64,000 nt of DNA from Candidatus Melainabacteria bacterium (GTDB lineage: Bacteria; Cyanobacteriota; Vampirovibrionia; Obscuribacterales; Obscuribacteraceae), in assembly GCA_030696635.1 (NCBI GenBank), contig JAUYRX010000024.1:41401-105400 (forward strand). Reading direction: 5' to 3'. The translations under genes and the position numbers were made by a program. The notes beneath the pieces were generated by a model. The model worked only from the letters and a program-made list of their open reading frames with translations. It made no database searches and was not told the origin of the DNA. Below are positions 48,876 through 57,918 of this stretch, in pieces. The first letter of the stretch is position 1. Each line of letters starts with the position of its first letter.

Positions 48876-49125
48876 CTTTTGAAATTTGTCGGTTGGTTGC
48901 GATTGCATTTCCGACTCACCCCATGACAATACAATCGCAAAAACGATTTGGCAAGTAAAACTTTTTCTGCCACAAGTCCGCCACAGTTAGAACACAAATC
49001 GGCCACACGCAGATACAGAGCCATTCTCAAGCGACGACGGTAACGACCAAAAACGAAGACAACCGCCACTGATGAGCACCACATATAGTGCTCGCCACTT
49101 TTGCTACTACCACAGAGGATACTGC
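48876..49125. repeat. Paralogous intergenic element, copy B, right part
   Basis: CTTTTGAAATTTGTCGG, ATTGCATTTCCGACTCACCCCATGACAATACAATCGC, and phased CCACAA/CCACAG/ACACAA/CCACAC at 48970/48981/48992/49003. GCACCACATATAG and CTACCACAGAGGATACTG align with copy A. Confidence 0.6.
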
Positions 49126-49228
49126 GCTGATACCAGAAGCCGGTTAAGAAACCTCCCTTCAATTGACAATCGACTGAAAGATCTGATTTAATTCGGGCCC
49201 TTACTTTTCTAACTTAATTGGAGCCCCA

Positions 49229-50188
49229 ATGTCTGGAATTCTTGACTCAAAGACAATTCTCGGACGCATACCTTATCAGGGAATTCCCACTTTCTGGCGA
49301 GCCGAACACACTCAGGATCTCACCGGAGCCGAATTTGTTGTCTACGGCGTGCCTTGCGACATAGAGATTGTCAATCGCCCGGGCACACGCTACGGCCCAC
49401 GCAGTATTCGCGAACAGTCACTGTTCGTCGGTTTCACCGGTGTGCACTGGCCCTTTGACTATGATCTTACGCAAGAGTACAAATTAATTGACTACGGCGA
49501 TATTCCGTTTTATCCCGGTCAAGTCGAGCAAATGCTTGCCAATACTGAAAAGCATGTTGGCTTAATGGCGGCGAGCGGGGCTGGAACCCTCGGACTGGGC
49601 GGTGATCACTTAGTTGCCTATCCGGCCATCAAAGCTCATGCAAAGCATCACGGCAAACTCTCACTGATTCACTTTGACGCTCACACAGACACACACGAAG
49701 CCGAACACCTCAATCATGGCAGCATGTTCTGGTATGCCGCAAAAGAAGGGCTAATAGATCCAGAAACCTCTATTCAAATTGGCATTCGCACCCTAATTCC
49801 AGCTGATGACAAATTTGCGGTAATAACAGCCGACAAGTGCCTACATATGGGCGCTCAAGCAATAATTGAAAGAGTGCGTCAAGTTGTCGGCGATCGCAAA
49901 TGCTACATCTCACTTGATGTAGACGGCATGGACCCAGCTTTTGCACCAGGCACAGGAACGCCCATGCCAGGCGGTATTACATCAGCTATGCAAAGAGAAA
50001 TTCTTTGGGGATTTCGCGGTCTAAATATTGTCGGCGGCGATGTGGTAGAGGTCTCACCACCTTACGATCCATCGCACATTACTGCCATTCTCGGAGCCAC
50101 CTTAGGCATGGATATCCTCTATGCCATGGCCGAATCTCCCTACCGCCAATCATGCAAGAGAAAATCTATCTTACAAAGTAGGTCTTAA
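49229..50188 (+). CDS. speB: Agmatinase/ureohydrolase (arginase family)
   Basis: Mn-ligand blocks LGGDHLVAYP, HFDAHTDT and SLDVDGMDPAFAPGTGTP. GGAG SD. The exact substrate is not determinable from sequence. Confidence 0.75.
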   Translation: MSGILDSKTILGRIPYQGIPTFWRAEHTQDLTGAEFVVYGVPCDIEIVNRPGTRYGPRSIREQSLFVGFTGVHWPFDYDLTQEYKLIDYGDIPFYPGQVEQMLANTEKHVGLMAASGAGTLGLGGDHLVAYPAIKAHAKHHGKLSLIHFDAHTDTHEAEHLNHGSMFWYAAKEGLIDPETSIQIGIRTLIPADDKFAVITADKCLHMGAQAIIERVRQVVGDRKCYISLDVDGMDPAFAPGTGTPMPGGITSAMQREILWGFRGLNIVGGDVVEVSPPYDPSHITAILGATLGMDILYAMAESPYRQSCKRKSILQSRS

Positions 50189-50230
50189 AGAATAAGCTGC
50201 CTATTTAGACTTCCGGTTTAAGCTAACTCT

Positions 50231-50902
50231 TTAGGCTTCTAAGCGATAGCCAACGCCATGAATAGTGCGAATAATAGAGGGCTGACCTTCTACATCTATT
50301 TTCTTGCGCAGGCGCTTGATGCAAGTAGTAAGCGCGTCAACTGTGGCTTCAGACTCGGTTACCCAAACACGGTTGAGCAGCGCTTCAGCAGCAAACACGC
50401 GATTGGGATTGCGCATGAGAAACTCTAGCAAAGCAAATTCTTTCGGCAGGAGTCTTATTTCTTCACCATCTTTCATCACTTGAAAGTTCTGGTGATCAAG
50501 AGTGAGATGGGCAAACTTGAGCAAGTCTCCAACGTAACCCTCAGGGCGCCGCAGAAGAGCTCGCAGTCTAGCAGTTAGCTCTTTGCCATGAAATGGTTTA
50601 GTCAAATAATCATCGGCACCGGCATCAAAACCTGTTTCTTTATCATCAATAGTGCCTTTACCAGTGAGAACAAGCACTGGTGTGGTTCCACCTCGGCTGC
50701 GAAACTCTTTGAGAATCTCGATTCCCGTGACGTGCGGCAACTCCCAATCAAGAATAAGAATATCGTATTCATAGACCTTGAGCATATTCTGAGCTTCGGC
50801 ACCATCGGTGACGATCTCGACTTTATGGTGCTCCATCACGAGCCAATCGCGAATCATCTTGCCCAGCGAAACATCATCTTCGACAATCAGAACTTTGGCC
50901 AC
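50231..50902 (-). CDS. OmpR-family response regulator (paralogue of 44847-45530)
   Basis: GTG start at 50902 with GAGG SD. Motifs: VLIVEDD, LILDWELPHVTG, LTGK, KPF, HGVGYRL. Confidence 0.9.
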   Translation of the reverse strand: MAKVLIVEDDVSLGKMIRDWLVMEHHKVEIVTDGAEAQNMLKVYEYDILILDWELPHVTGIEILKEFRSRGGTTPVLVLTGKGTIDDKETGFDAGADDYLTKPFHGKELTARLRALLRRPEGYVGDLLKFAHLTLDHQNFQVMKDGEEIRLLPKEFALLEFLMRNPNRVFAAEALLNRVWVTESEATVDALTTCIKRLRKKIDVEGQPSIIRTIHGVGYRLEA

Positions 50903-50932
50903 ATGAACCTCAAACAGCGTGTATTTCTATAC

Positions 50933-52729
50933 TTATTGAATTTTACGAGGTATTTTAAACCAGAAGGTGCTGCCCCTTCCCTCTTGCGAATCTACCCCAA
51001 TTGTTCCACCATGACGCTCAACAATTGCTTTGCAGATAGCCAAGCCCAAACCGCTACCGCCTTTTACCTTGGCATCGTCGAGTTCAACCTGCTTAAATCT
51101 ATCAAAAATCGCCTCACGCAGCTGCTCAGGAACGCCTCGCCCTTGGTCAATGATATTAAACCTAATCCAATCTGGCTCTTCGGCGATCTCAAGGGCAACC
51201 GTGCCACCTTTAGGTGAAAATTTGATGGCATTAGAAACTAAATTGATGATGACCTGAACCAAGCGGTCGCGGTCGGCAAAAATCTCTGGATTGCGGTGGC
51301 CTGGGGCCACGAGCTTCACCCCTTGCTGCTCAGCAAAGCCCCGCACAGCCTGCATTGACGGTTCTAGAATGGCCGAAACTTGATAGCTTTCGCGCTGCAG
51401 TATTAATTTGCCAGACTCCATCTTTTCTAGGTCAAGTAGACCATTAACCAAACCAATCAAACGGTTAACGTTGGCCTCAGCGGCCTCTAGGTTTTCATGA
51501 CCGCTATCGCTAAGCTGGCCGTAGGCTTCAGCCTCAAGAAGAGAAAGAACCATTTGAATAGAGGTCAATGGAGTACGCAAGTCGTGGCTGACCATGGCGA
51601 CAAAATCACGCTTCATGCGGTCAACTTGCTTACGCTCAGTGATATCGCGAGCCACACAAAAAAGCGTTTTGTCGGCCTTAGACCAGTGAGCAGACCAAGC
51701 AAAATCAACACCACGACCGTCACGGCACATAATGCGATTTTCAAAAGATCCGGTACCGCTTGGGCTAGCTATCAGATCGTCAATTGCCTTGAAGGTAGCC
51801 TTAATATCGTCCTCATGAACAATGGCATCGATGCCATCGCCAATCAAATCTTCTTCCAGATAGCCCCAAAGCTTTGCCGCCGCAGGGTTTACAGCAACAA
51901 AACGCCCCTGGCGATCGAACGAGCAGATGACATCTTCGGCATTGTCGACAACCGCATGCTCTTTGCGTCTTGACTCTTCTAAAGCCGATGCCATATCGCG
52001 GAAAGTATGATCTAACGTAGCAATTTCATCTCGACCAATCAATGGCGGACTGAGCGGTTGTTCCAGCGCCAGGCGCTTTGTATTGTCGAGCAAAACGTTG
52101 AGCCGCTTAGTGGTACCACGATTAAAATAGAAAGCCAAACCAATGGCCAACAGCACATTAAACAACAGGCCAACCGGCAAAATAATTTCTACAGCACGCC
52201 TGTAGCCAGCTTGTGCAACCTTCCCCTCAGCCAAGACCTTGGTCTGATAAACCTCAATTTCATCAATTGCCCCTAACAGCTGACTAATATCCTTGTCGGC
52301 ATGCATCCACATGCGGGCAGCACCAATCTTGCTACCTAATTCAAGCTGACCCTGGGCTCGCTGAAGATTTTCTATAGCGCGGGTGAGCAACCCAGTAATT
52401 TTATCGATAGCCGCCTTTTCTTCAGGGTGATCGCGCACAAGCGGTTCCAAAGCAGCAATCTCAGCCTGAATCTTGAAGCGCGATGTCTCAAAACGCTTCT
52501 TAAATGACGGACTGTCAGAGACGTGGTAAAGCACACAGGACGAAAAACGGTCAAGCAAAGCAGTCAGGGCAGCGTTAACCCGACCGGTTACCTCTCTGGC
52601 ATGGTTTTCACGTTCCCGCTCTCTATCGACCGAGTAAAGCAAAGTGGCAAGACTAACCACAAAGACAATCTCAAAGGCCAAGGGAATGGCCACAAGAATA
52701 AGTGCTTTTTTGGAGAGACTTAAAGACAT
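50933..52729 (-). CDS. Sensor histidine kinase (paralogue of 45673-47553)
   Basis: Same architecture. H-box MVSHDLRTPLTSIQ. NLVSNAIKFSP, DQGRGVP, GGSGLGLAICKAIV. The N-termini align (MSLSLSKKALILVAIPLAFE versus MRLSLAAKGLILVSIPLFFE). Confidence 0.9.
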   Translation of the reverse strand: MSLSLSKKALILVAIPLAFEIVFVVSLATLLYSVDRERERENHAREVTGRVNAALTALLDRFSSCVLYHVSDSPSFKKRFETSRFKIQAEIAALEPLVRDHPEEKAAIDKITGLLTRAIENLQRAQGQLELGSKIGAARMWMHADKDISQLLGAIDEIEVYQTKVLAEGKVAQAGYRRAVEIILPVGLLFNVLLAIGLAFYFNRGTTKRLNVLLDNTKRLALEQPLSPPLIGRDEIATLDHTFRDMASALEESRRKEHAVVDNAEDVICSFDRQGRFVAVNPAAAKLWGYLEEDLIGDGIDAIVHEDDIKATFKAIDDLIASPSGTGSFENRIMCRDGRGVDFAWSAHWSKADKTLFCVARDITERKQVDRMKRDFVAMVSHDLRTPLTSIQMVLSLLEAEAYGQLSDSGHENLEAAEANVNRLIGLVNGLLDLEKMESGKLILQRESYQVSAILEPSMQAVRGFAEQQGVKLVAPGHRNPEIFADRDRLVQVIINLVSNAIKFSPKGGTVALEIAEEPDWIRFNIIDQGRGVPEQLREAIFDRFKQVELDDAKVKGGSGLGLAICKAIVERHGGTIGVDSQEGRGSTFWFKIPRKIQ

Positions 52730-52851
52730 CTAGCTATTATTGCAAATTCGCGAATGCCAAAAATCTGCCAAAACTTTGCCCGACTCCTGCCAACCCCTTT
52801 ATTTATATTGAACACGTTGCCAGTGCAGCAATTACTAAAGAGGCCAAGATC

Positions 52852-53505
52852 ATGAGCGCATTTGCCAAACAAGCAATAAACCTAGTTCTAACAGTAGCAA
52901 TCTTGCTCGGAGCTTCTCTACCAGCCGAAGCTCAACAAAGAGTAGCTAGCGGTCTAAGAAACGGCCTCCCCCCAACCACCATGGATAGCTTCGTCTACGA
53001 AGCTGGCGGTCACGCTGAGCACATCTACGGTGACGAAGGTGTCAACGGCTTGCCTCCTTACATGGGCTTCGGCAAAGCTCACCGCATCAATGCTGGCATT
53101 ATGGATCGCCGGGATGCTGGCCTTACCACTGGTCATGGCAGCTACATGCCCGATGCTACCGGCAAAGACGAGTTCATTGCTCCTCCAGGCGAATGGGGCC
53201 AATCAGGCGCCAGAGGCCACTCATCAGCCAGTGGTTTCGCTAATGATGGCTTGCCTGTGGTCAATGGCGGCGGCAACAGCCCGGTAGACTACGGCCCACC
53301 TCCAGGCGAAGGCTACCAACCAGCTACCACTTGCGAAGGTTTCGTAGGCTGGTACAGCCCTGAGGAAGTTGCCCTTTCACAAACCGACTTCCCAGCCGCC
53401 TTCGAACATTTCGTCTACAGCGGTCGCTACACCGGTAGCTGGCAGAATGCCATGATGATCCTCACTCTGCAAATGGGCAGACCACAACCTGGCTATGGTG
53501 GTTAA
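52852..53505 (+). CDS. Secreted Gly/Pro-rich hypothetical protein
   Basis: Start set to ATG 52852 (MSAFAKQAINLVLTVAILLGASLPAEA signal peptide) with AAGAGG SD. Confidence 0.55.
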   Translation: MSAFAKQAINLVLTVAILLGASLPAEAQQRVASGLRNGLPPTTMDSFVYEAGGHAEHIYGDEGVNGLPPYMGFGKAHRINAGIMDRRDAGLTTGHGSYMPDATGKDEFIAPPGEWGQSGARGHSSASGFANDGLPVVNGGGNSPVDYGPPPGEGYQPATTCEGFVGWYSPEEVALSQTDFPAAFEHFVYSGRYTGSWQNAMMILTLQMGRPQPGYGG

Positions 53506-54070
53506 GGGCACACCAGCATGGCTGGTAGGAATTCAACGCTCAATTGGCGCTAGTCTCGATTTCACCAGTATTGTTCTGTTAGCTCTCTCACCTTGGTTCT
53601 TCAAATTCGTGTCGGGGAAACTAAATCCTGATGCCGTCGCCGGAATTATCCGTACAGACATAGTGCTACTGATAAGTATTTGCCTGGCGCTTTCACCCCT
53701 GTCACTAATTTATTTGCGCATTGTCTTTCACAAAATCATGCACTCCCCAACACCGGGCGAGCTGATTTCCGGCTTTGTTAGTTCAACCAACTCAAATGGT
53801 TTGCAAGGAATAATTCAAGAAGCGAGCTATGGTCTGGCCCAATATTTTGCCATCTCTATAACCGGCGGCCAATCTCTGCTACTGATCGCCATATTTCTAT
53901 TCATGGGCACCCAAACTACTTTATTTATACAAAACAATTTTTTGGCGTTTATTGCCGCCACGATACTCTCCCTGATACTAATGTCGCGAGTCTACTGGCC
54001 ACGCTCCAAAACTAGCTATCAATCATTTCTCGATGATCAATGCAACGTGGTTGTTCAACGTCTGCGCTAA
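53495..54070 (+). CDS. RDD-family-like membrane protein, paralogue 1 (lacks the acidic N-terminal tail)
   Basis: QRSIGASLDFTSIVLL, SPTPGELISGFV, FLDDQCNVVVQRLR. The start overlaps the upstream stop by 11 nt. Confidence 0.6.
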   Translation: MVVKGTPAWLVGIQRSIGASLDFTSIVLLALSPWFFKFVSGKLNPDAVAGIIRTDIVLLISICLALSPLSLIYLRIVFHKIMHSPTPGELISGFVSSTNSNGLQGIIQEASYGLAQYFAISITGGQSLLLIAIFLFMGTQTTLFIQNNFLAFIAATILSLILMSRVYWPRSKTSYQSFLDDQCNVVVQRLR

Positions 54071-54102
54071 GATGAAAAGACAAAATTCATTCGTAGGGCG
54101 GT

Positions 54103-54759
54103 ATGGAAGAGTTAGGGTCATCGACTGAAATTGAAATTAGCGAAACAAACGAGAGTTCATCAGCTCTTATCGCCCCACCAGCGCTACTAACTTCAACAAC
54201 GCCGGGCTGGTTGGTAGGACTGAAACGTTCGACTGGCGCTAGTCTCGATTTTACCTGCATAGTGCTCCTGGTTCTCTCGCCCTGGTTTTTAGAAATCATG
54301 TCTAGAAAACTCAACCCCCAAGCTCTCGCTGGGTTTGTGCGCACAGATCCGGTACTAGTCTTTACACTGTGCCTGGCAATGTCACCGTTATCGCTTATAT
54401 ATTGGCGTATCGTCTTTCACAAAATTATGCGCTCGCCAACACCCGGAGAGATGTTCTCTGGATTTGTCAGTTCAACCAAATCAAATGGACTGCAAGGAGT
54501 TGTGCAAGAGTCTATCTATGGTCTGGCGCAATATTTTGTCATTTCAATAACTGGTGGACAAGCAATTCTGATGGTCACCATAGTTCTGTTCATGGGAGCC
54601 GAAACCATTTCGTTCATACAGAAAAATTTCTTTTGGCTCGCCGCTACAGCGATATTCTCACTCTCGCTGATGGCTACAGTCTATTGGCCTCGCTCTAAAA
54701 CTGACAGTCAATCATTTATAGATGATCAGTGCGGCGTTATCGTCCAACGCCTGCGGTAG
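54103..54759 (+). CDS. RDD-family-like membrane protein, paralogue 2
   Basis: MEELGSSTE.., KRSTGASLDFTCIVLL, SPTPGEMFSGFV, FIDDQCGVIVQRLR. Confidence 0.65.
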   Translation: MEELGSSTEIEISETNESSSALIAPPALLTSTTPGWLVGLKRSTGASLDFTCIVLLVLSPWFLEIMSRKLNPQALAGFVRTDPVLVFTLCLAMSPLSLIYWRIVFHKIMRSPTPGEMFSGFVSSTKSNGLQGVVQESIYGLAQYFVISITGGQAILMVTIVLFMGAETISFIQKNFFWLAATAIFSLSLMATVYWPRSKTDSQSFIDDQCGVIVQRLR

Positions 54760-54791
54760 ACTGGAAAGACTAGAGTCATGCGCAGGGAGAT

Positions 54792-55505
54792 ATGGAAGAG
54801 TTAGGACCAGCAACTGAAGTCGCAGCCGAAGCAAAAGCAGCAGAAGCGGCAACCGAAACACAAATAGAAACAGCAGCTGAAGCTAGGCTGACGCCTGTGC
54901 CATTGCTCGCGCTTGTGCGCGGCAGCGGCCATGTCATTGATCTTTTCTCGATCGCTCTCGTGGCATTGATACCACTGATATATCACGGTGGTCCGAATTT
55001 CTACGTGCCCTCAATTGGCTTCAATCGCGAAACAATGGAGTTAATTACCAAATCTGATAGCGTTTCAAGCATTGGCCTGGCTCTTGCATTAACACCATTG
55101 CCGATCATCTACCTACGTCTATTCTTCAAAGGACTAATGAAAATGCCCACCCCAGGCGAAACAATTGCAGGCATCACCAGCTATTCCACAGCTTCCGGCA
55201 CAGAAGGCGTTATACAGGAATCACTGTATGGTCTATCACAGTATGTAATCAGCATTTTTGCAGCAGTGTTCGCTTGTATTGCCACTTTTATAATCGTAAG
55301 CGTAGGAGAAGGGCTGATTACTAGACTCTTACCTGGGATTACTTCAATCTCGGCAACAGGTAGCCTAAATATTCTAATTGTTACTGTCGTTTTCGTGGTT
55401 TCATTCATAGCAGCAGTCGGTTTTGGCTTTGTCCCTCACTCAAGAGAAGATATAGCCTCATTTTTTGACGATTATTTCCGACTCGAAGTTAAACGCCTGC
55501 GCTAA
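54792..55505 (+). CDS. RDD-family-like membrane protein, paralogue 3 (most divergent)
   Basis: MEELGPATE.., GSGHVIDLFSIALV, MPTPGETIAGIT, FFDDYFRLEVKRLR. Confidence 0.65.
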   Translation: MEELGPATEVAAEAKAAEAATETQIETAAEARLTPVPLLALVRGSGHVIDLFSIALVALIPLIYHGGPNFYVPSIGFNRETMELITKSDSVSSIGLALALTPLPIIYLRLFFKGLMKMPTPGETIAGITSYSTASGTEGVIQESLYGLSQYVISIFAAVFACIATFIIVSVGEGLITRLLPGITSISATGSLNILIVTVVFVVSFIAAVGFGFVPHSREDIASFFDDYFRLEVKRLR

Positions 55506-55555
55506 GAAAAAAGACTAAGAGGAATATTCAGCCTCAAAACCCAAATACTGTTTTG

Positions 55556-56545
55556 CTACCGCGACAGAGGCCCAAACATAGTTTTGGTGTAAGAGTCTAC
55601 AGCCTCTTTAGGCCGCTTAGTAGTGAAATAAGGAAAGTGTTTTTTGATCTGCTCCTGCTCAGCTTTTGAGTACTTAGAAAACTGCAGAGGCAGCGAGATT
55701 TTGCTCAAATTCATCTTGCTCAACTGCATTACTCCAGCAAACGAAATCTTCGTGTGCTTGATATATAAATGCTCTAGCTTCGACAACTTCAAGAGTAGTG
55801 GCACAGCCTTATCGTTGATGGCTGAGTTCTCATTGATGTCTAAAGATCTCAGCTTAGTGCATTTAGTCACATGTTCTAGCCCACGCAAAGACAAATTAGT
55901 TCGAGACAATTCTAAATTGCTCAATTGCGGAAACTCTTTCAAGTAACGCAAACTCTCATTATCTATGGTGCCTTTACCAAAGCGCAAAGCCTCAAGCTTT
56001 TTACATCCCGTCAGTTGTCCCAAACACTTGCCAGTGACCAAGGTTTCTGCCAAAGCCAAAGCCCTAAGCTCAGGCATGGTTCCCAGCTTAGCTAACCCGG
56101 CGTCTGTGGTCTCAGACTTATCCAAGTCAATCCCTTTCAAGCCAGAAAGATGATGAACATACGGAATCAAGCGATCACTTATACTTTCGTCAGCGTCAGC
56201 CATGGCGGTAAATCGCAGATTTATGTAATCAATTCCATCAGGAGGGAGTTTTAGCAAGCACTGTGGATGCTGGTAGAACTGCACTCCAGGAAACATTTTC
56301 ACAAGTCTATCCCTGGGCACTTTCATCAAGCCCCTAGCCTCGCCAATGGGCTGCACTTTACCTTTAGCACTCAATTCAGGATCTTTTTCCAGCAAACCCA
56401 ATGTACCTACCGAATACTCGGTAGGAAACTGCAAGAGCCGCATTTCGTTATGCCTACTGCCGCGAGCAAATGAAGACTCGTCGACTACGAGAAACAGAAT
56501 TGAAAGGCTAAAGATATAGATTCCGAGAGCAGGGTTCCTTTGCAT
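55556..56545 (-). CDS. Secreted leucine-rich-repeat protein
   Basis: Hydrophobic N-terminus ALGIYIFSLSILFLVV. LRRs: LSGLKGIDLDKS, MPELRALALAETLV, CKKLEALRFGKGTI, FPQLSNLELSRTNL, CTKLRSLDINENS, LSKLEHLYIKHTKI. Confidence 0.75.
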   Translation of the reverse strand: MQRNPALGIYIFSLSILFLVVDESSFARGSRHNEMRLLQFPTEYSVGTLGLLEKDPELSAKGKVQPIGEARGLMKVPRDRLVKMFPGVQFYQHPQCLLKLPPDGIDYINLRFTAMADADESISDRLIPYVHHLSGLKGIDLDKSETTDAGLAKLGTMPELRALALAETLVTGKCLGQLTGCKKLEALRFGKGTIDNESLRYLKEFPQLSNLELSRTNLSLRGLEHVTKCTKLRSLDINENSAINDKAVPLLLKLSKLEHLYIKHTKISFAGVMQLSKMNLSKISLPLQFSKYSKAEQEQIKKHFPYFTTKRPKEAVDSYTKTMFGPLSR

Positions 56546-56597
56546 AGGCGAACCACTCGATGAACCAATAACTTGAGTATATATTATGAACCAGTGA

Positions 56598-57035
56598 CTA
56601 AGCGCTCTCGCCAGTGACGGTAGAGATCACGTGCTTGAGGTGATCACACAAATAATCAGCGCAAATTTTTGGTTTTATATCTTGAATGGTGCACTGATGA
56701 TTCTCCAGAAACTGACAGGGATAGCCCTCTTCTGCATCCATCACCACGCGCAAAGCAGGAAAGTGGTCGGGATTTTGCCAGCACGAACGCTCAGGAAAGA
56801 GACGGTGCCCTTCTTCGTATTCGATAAAGACGGCATCATATTTGTATTTTTTGCCGAAGCGTAAATTCAGTCTGGCTAGAAATTCTTTGGCGTCTGTAAT
56901 CGGACCCATAATCCAATCTCTGTTGCCCAAGGTGCAGCAAATACCCGCTTGACCGGTAACACCATAGCAACGACGCTGACAAGTGTAATAAATAACGCTG
57001 TCTCTAATTTCAGCTTTTGTCGGCGATTCAGACAT
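56598..57035 (-). CDS. YkgJ/UPF0153-like cysteine-cluster protein
   Basis: N-terminal Cys cluster CQRRCYGVTGQAGICC and C-terminal CTIQDIKPKICADYLC. Confidence 0.5.
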   Translation of the reverse strand: MSESPTKAEIRDSVIYYTCQRRCYGVTGQAGICCTLGNRDWIMGPITDAKEFLARLNLRFGKKYKYDAVFIEYEEGHRLFPERSCWQNPDHFPALRVVMDAEEGYPCQFLENHQCTIQDIKPKICADYLCDHLKHVISTVTGESA

Positions 57036-57140
57036 GTCTTTCTCACATCGCTAAGTGGCGGGAATGGACCAATATTGTAACCGCACTCTCAGATTTATTG
57101 GAAACGCTTAAGGTAAATATGTCAAGATAGCCCGACAATG

Positions 57141-57157
57141 CTCCTTCCCCAAAGGAG
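57141..57157 (+). promoter_or_regulatory. Hairpin pairing the rlpA-like SD with an upstream anti-SD
   Basis: CTCCTT cccca AAGGAG. The AAGGAG is the SD, 7 nt before ATG 57165. Confidence 0.3.
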
Positions 57158-57164
57158 TTAGCTG

Positions 57165-57818
57165 ATGAGACCAGTAATAACTAGTTTCGCGCTCTTTACC
57201 GCCCTATTTACTGCGCCGATTGCGACAAAAAGTGAACCTGGCCATGACTTTACAGGCATGGCAGACTACTACCACCATTCACTTTATGGCAAGAAGACAG
57301 CCTCCGGGCAGGTCTTAGCCAAACATCTCTATACCGCCGCCCACAGAACCCTGCCCTTTGGCACTCACGTGCACGTCAAAAACCACAGCAATGGCCGCAG
57401 CTGTGTGGTCGTAATCAATGACCGCGGACCTTTCACCAAGAGTAAGGTAATCGACCTCTCCCACAGTGCAGCAACCGAGCTAGATATGATTAGCGCGGGC
57501 ACTTGCAAAGTAGGTTGCACTGTTGTACCAAAATCCGAGATAGCAAAACTGAATATTGCAAAACTGAATGTGCTCAAACCTGCAAGCGCTGCAACAAAGG
57601 CTGAAACACCAATAAAAATCGCCTCCACGACAAAATCCAAACCAGAGATGGTTGAGGGCAAGCCCGAACCCGAGATCGCCTTAAAACAGGCCATCGCCAT
57701 GAAACCCATAAAAGCGAAGCCAATGGCAACTCTTGAAACCGCTCAAACGGTAAGAGCGGACGAGACCAGCGCTGAACTAGAGGGCGCTGAGCCAATCAAA
57801 TGGACCGAAGTTCAGTAA
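57165..57818 (+). CDS. rlpA: RlpA-like double-psi beta-barrel lipoprotein/lytic transglycosylase family protein
   Basis: YYHHSLYGKKTASGQVL..YTAAHRTLPFGTHVHVKNHSNGRSCVVVINDRGPFTKSKVIDLSHSAA. Signal peptide present. Confidence 0.8.
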   Translation: MRPVITSFALFTALFTAPIATKSEPGHDFTGMADYYHHSLYGKKTASGQVLAKHLYTAAHRTLPFGTHVHVKNHSNGRSCVVVINDRGPFTKSKVIDLSHSAATELDMISAGTCKVGCTVVPKSEIAKLNIAKLNVLKPASAATKAETPIKIASTTKSKPEMVEGKPEPEIALKQAIAMKPIKAKPMATLETAQTVRADETSAELEGAEPIKWTEVQ

Positions 57819-57918
57819 AATTATCAGCCACACCTAGCAACACATAGCCCTCCGCCTTTACAACCACTTGCCGAAGCCGCTCAGAGATGGCATAAACTAA
57901 GTGGAACAAGGGGGGAAT

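Noticed and set aside
47910-48958. Multiple long ORFs on both strands overlapping 47658-48773
   Set aside because: They are by-products of the repetitive GNN/GAY-rich coding sequence. Only the minus-strand frame with an SD and a coherent repeat pattern was kept.
50588-51217. 209-aa plus-strand ORF spanning the RR/HK junction
   Set aside because: It is antisense to two genes with unambiguous two-component motifs.
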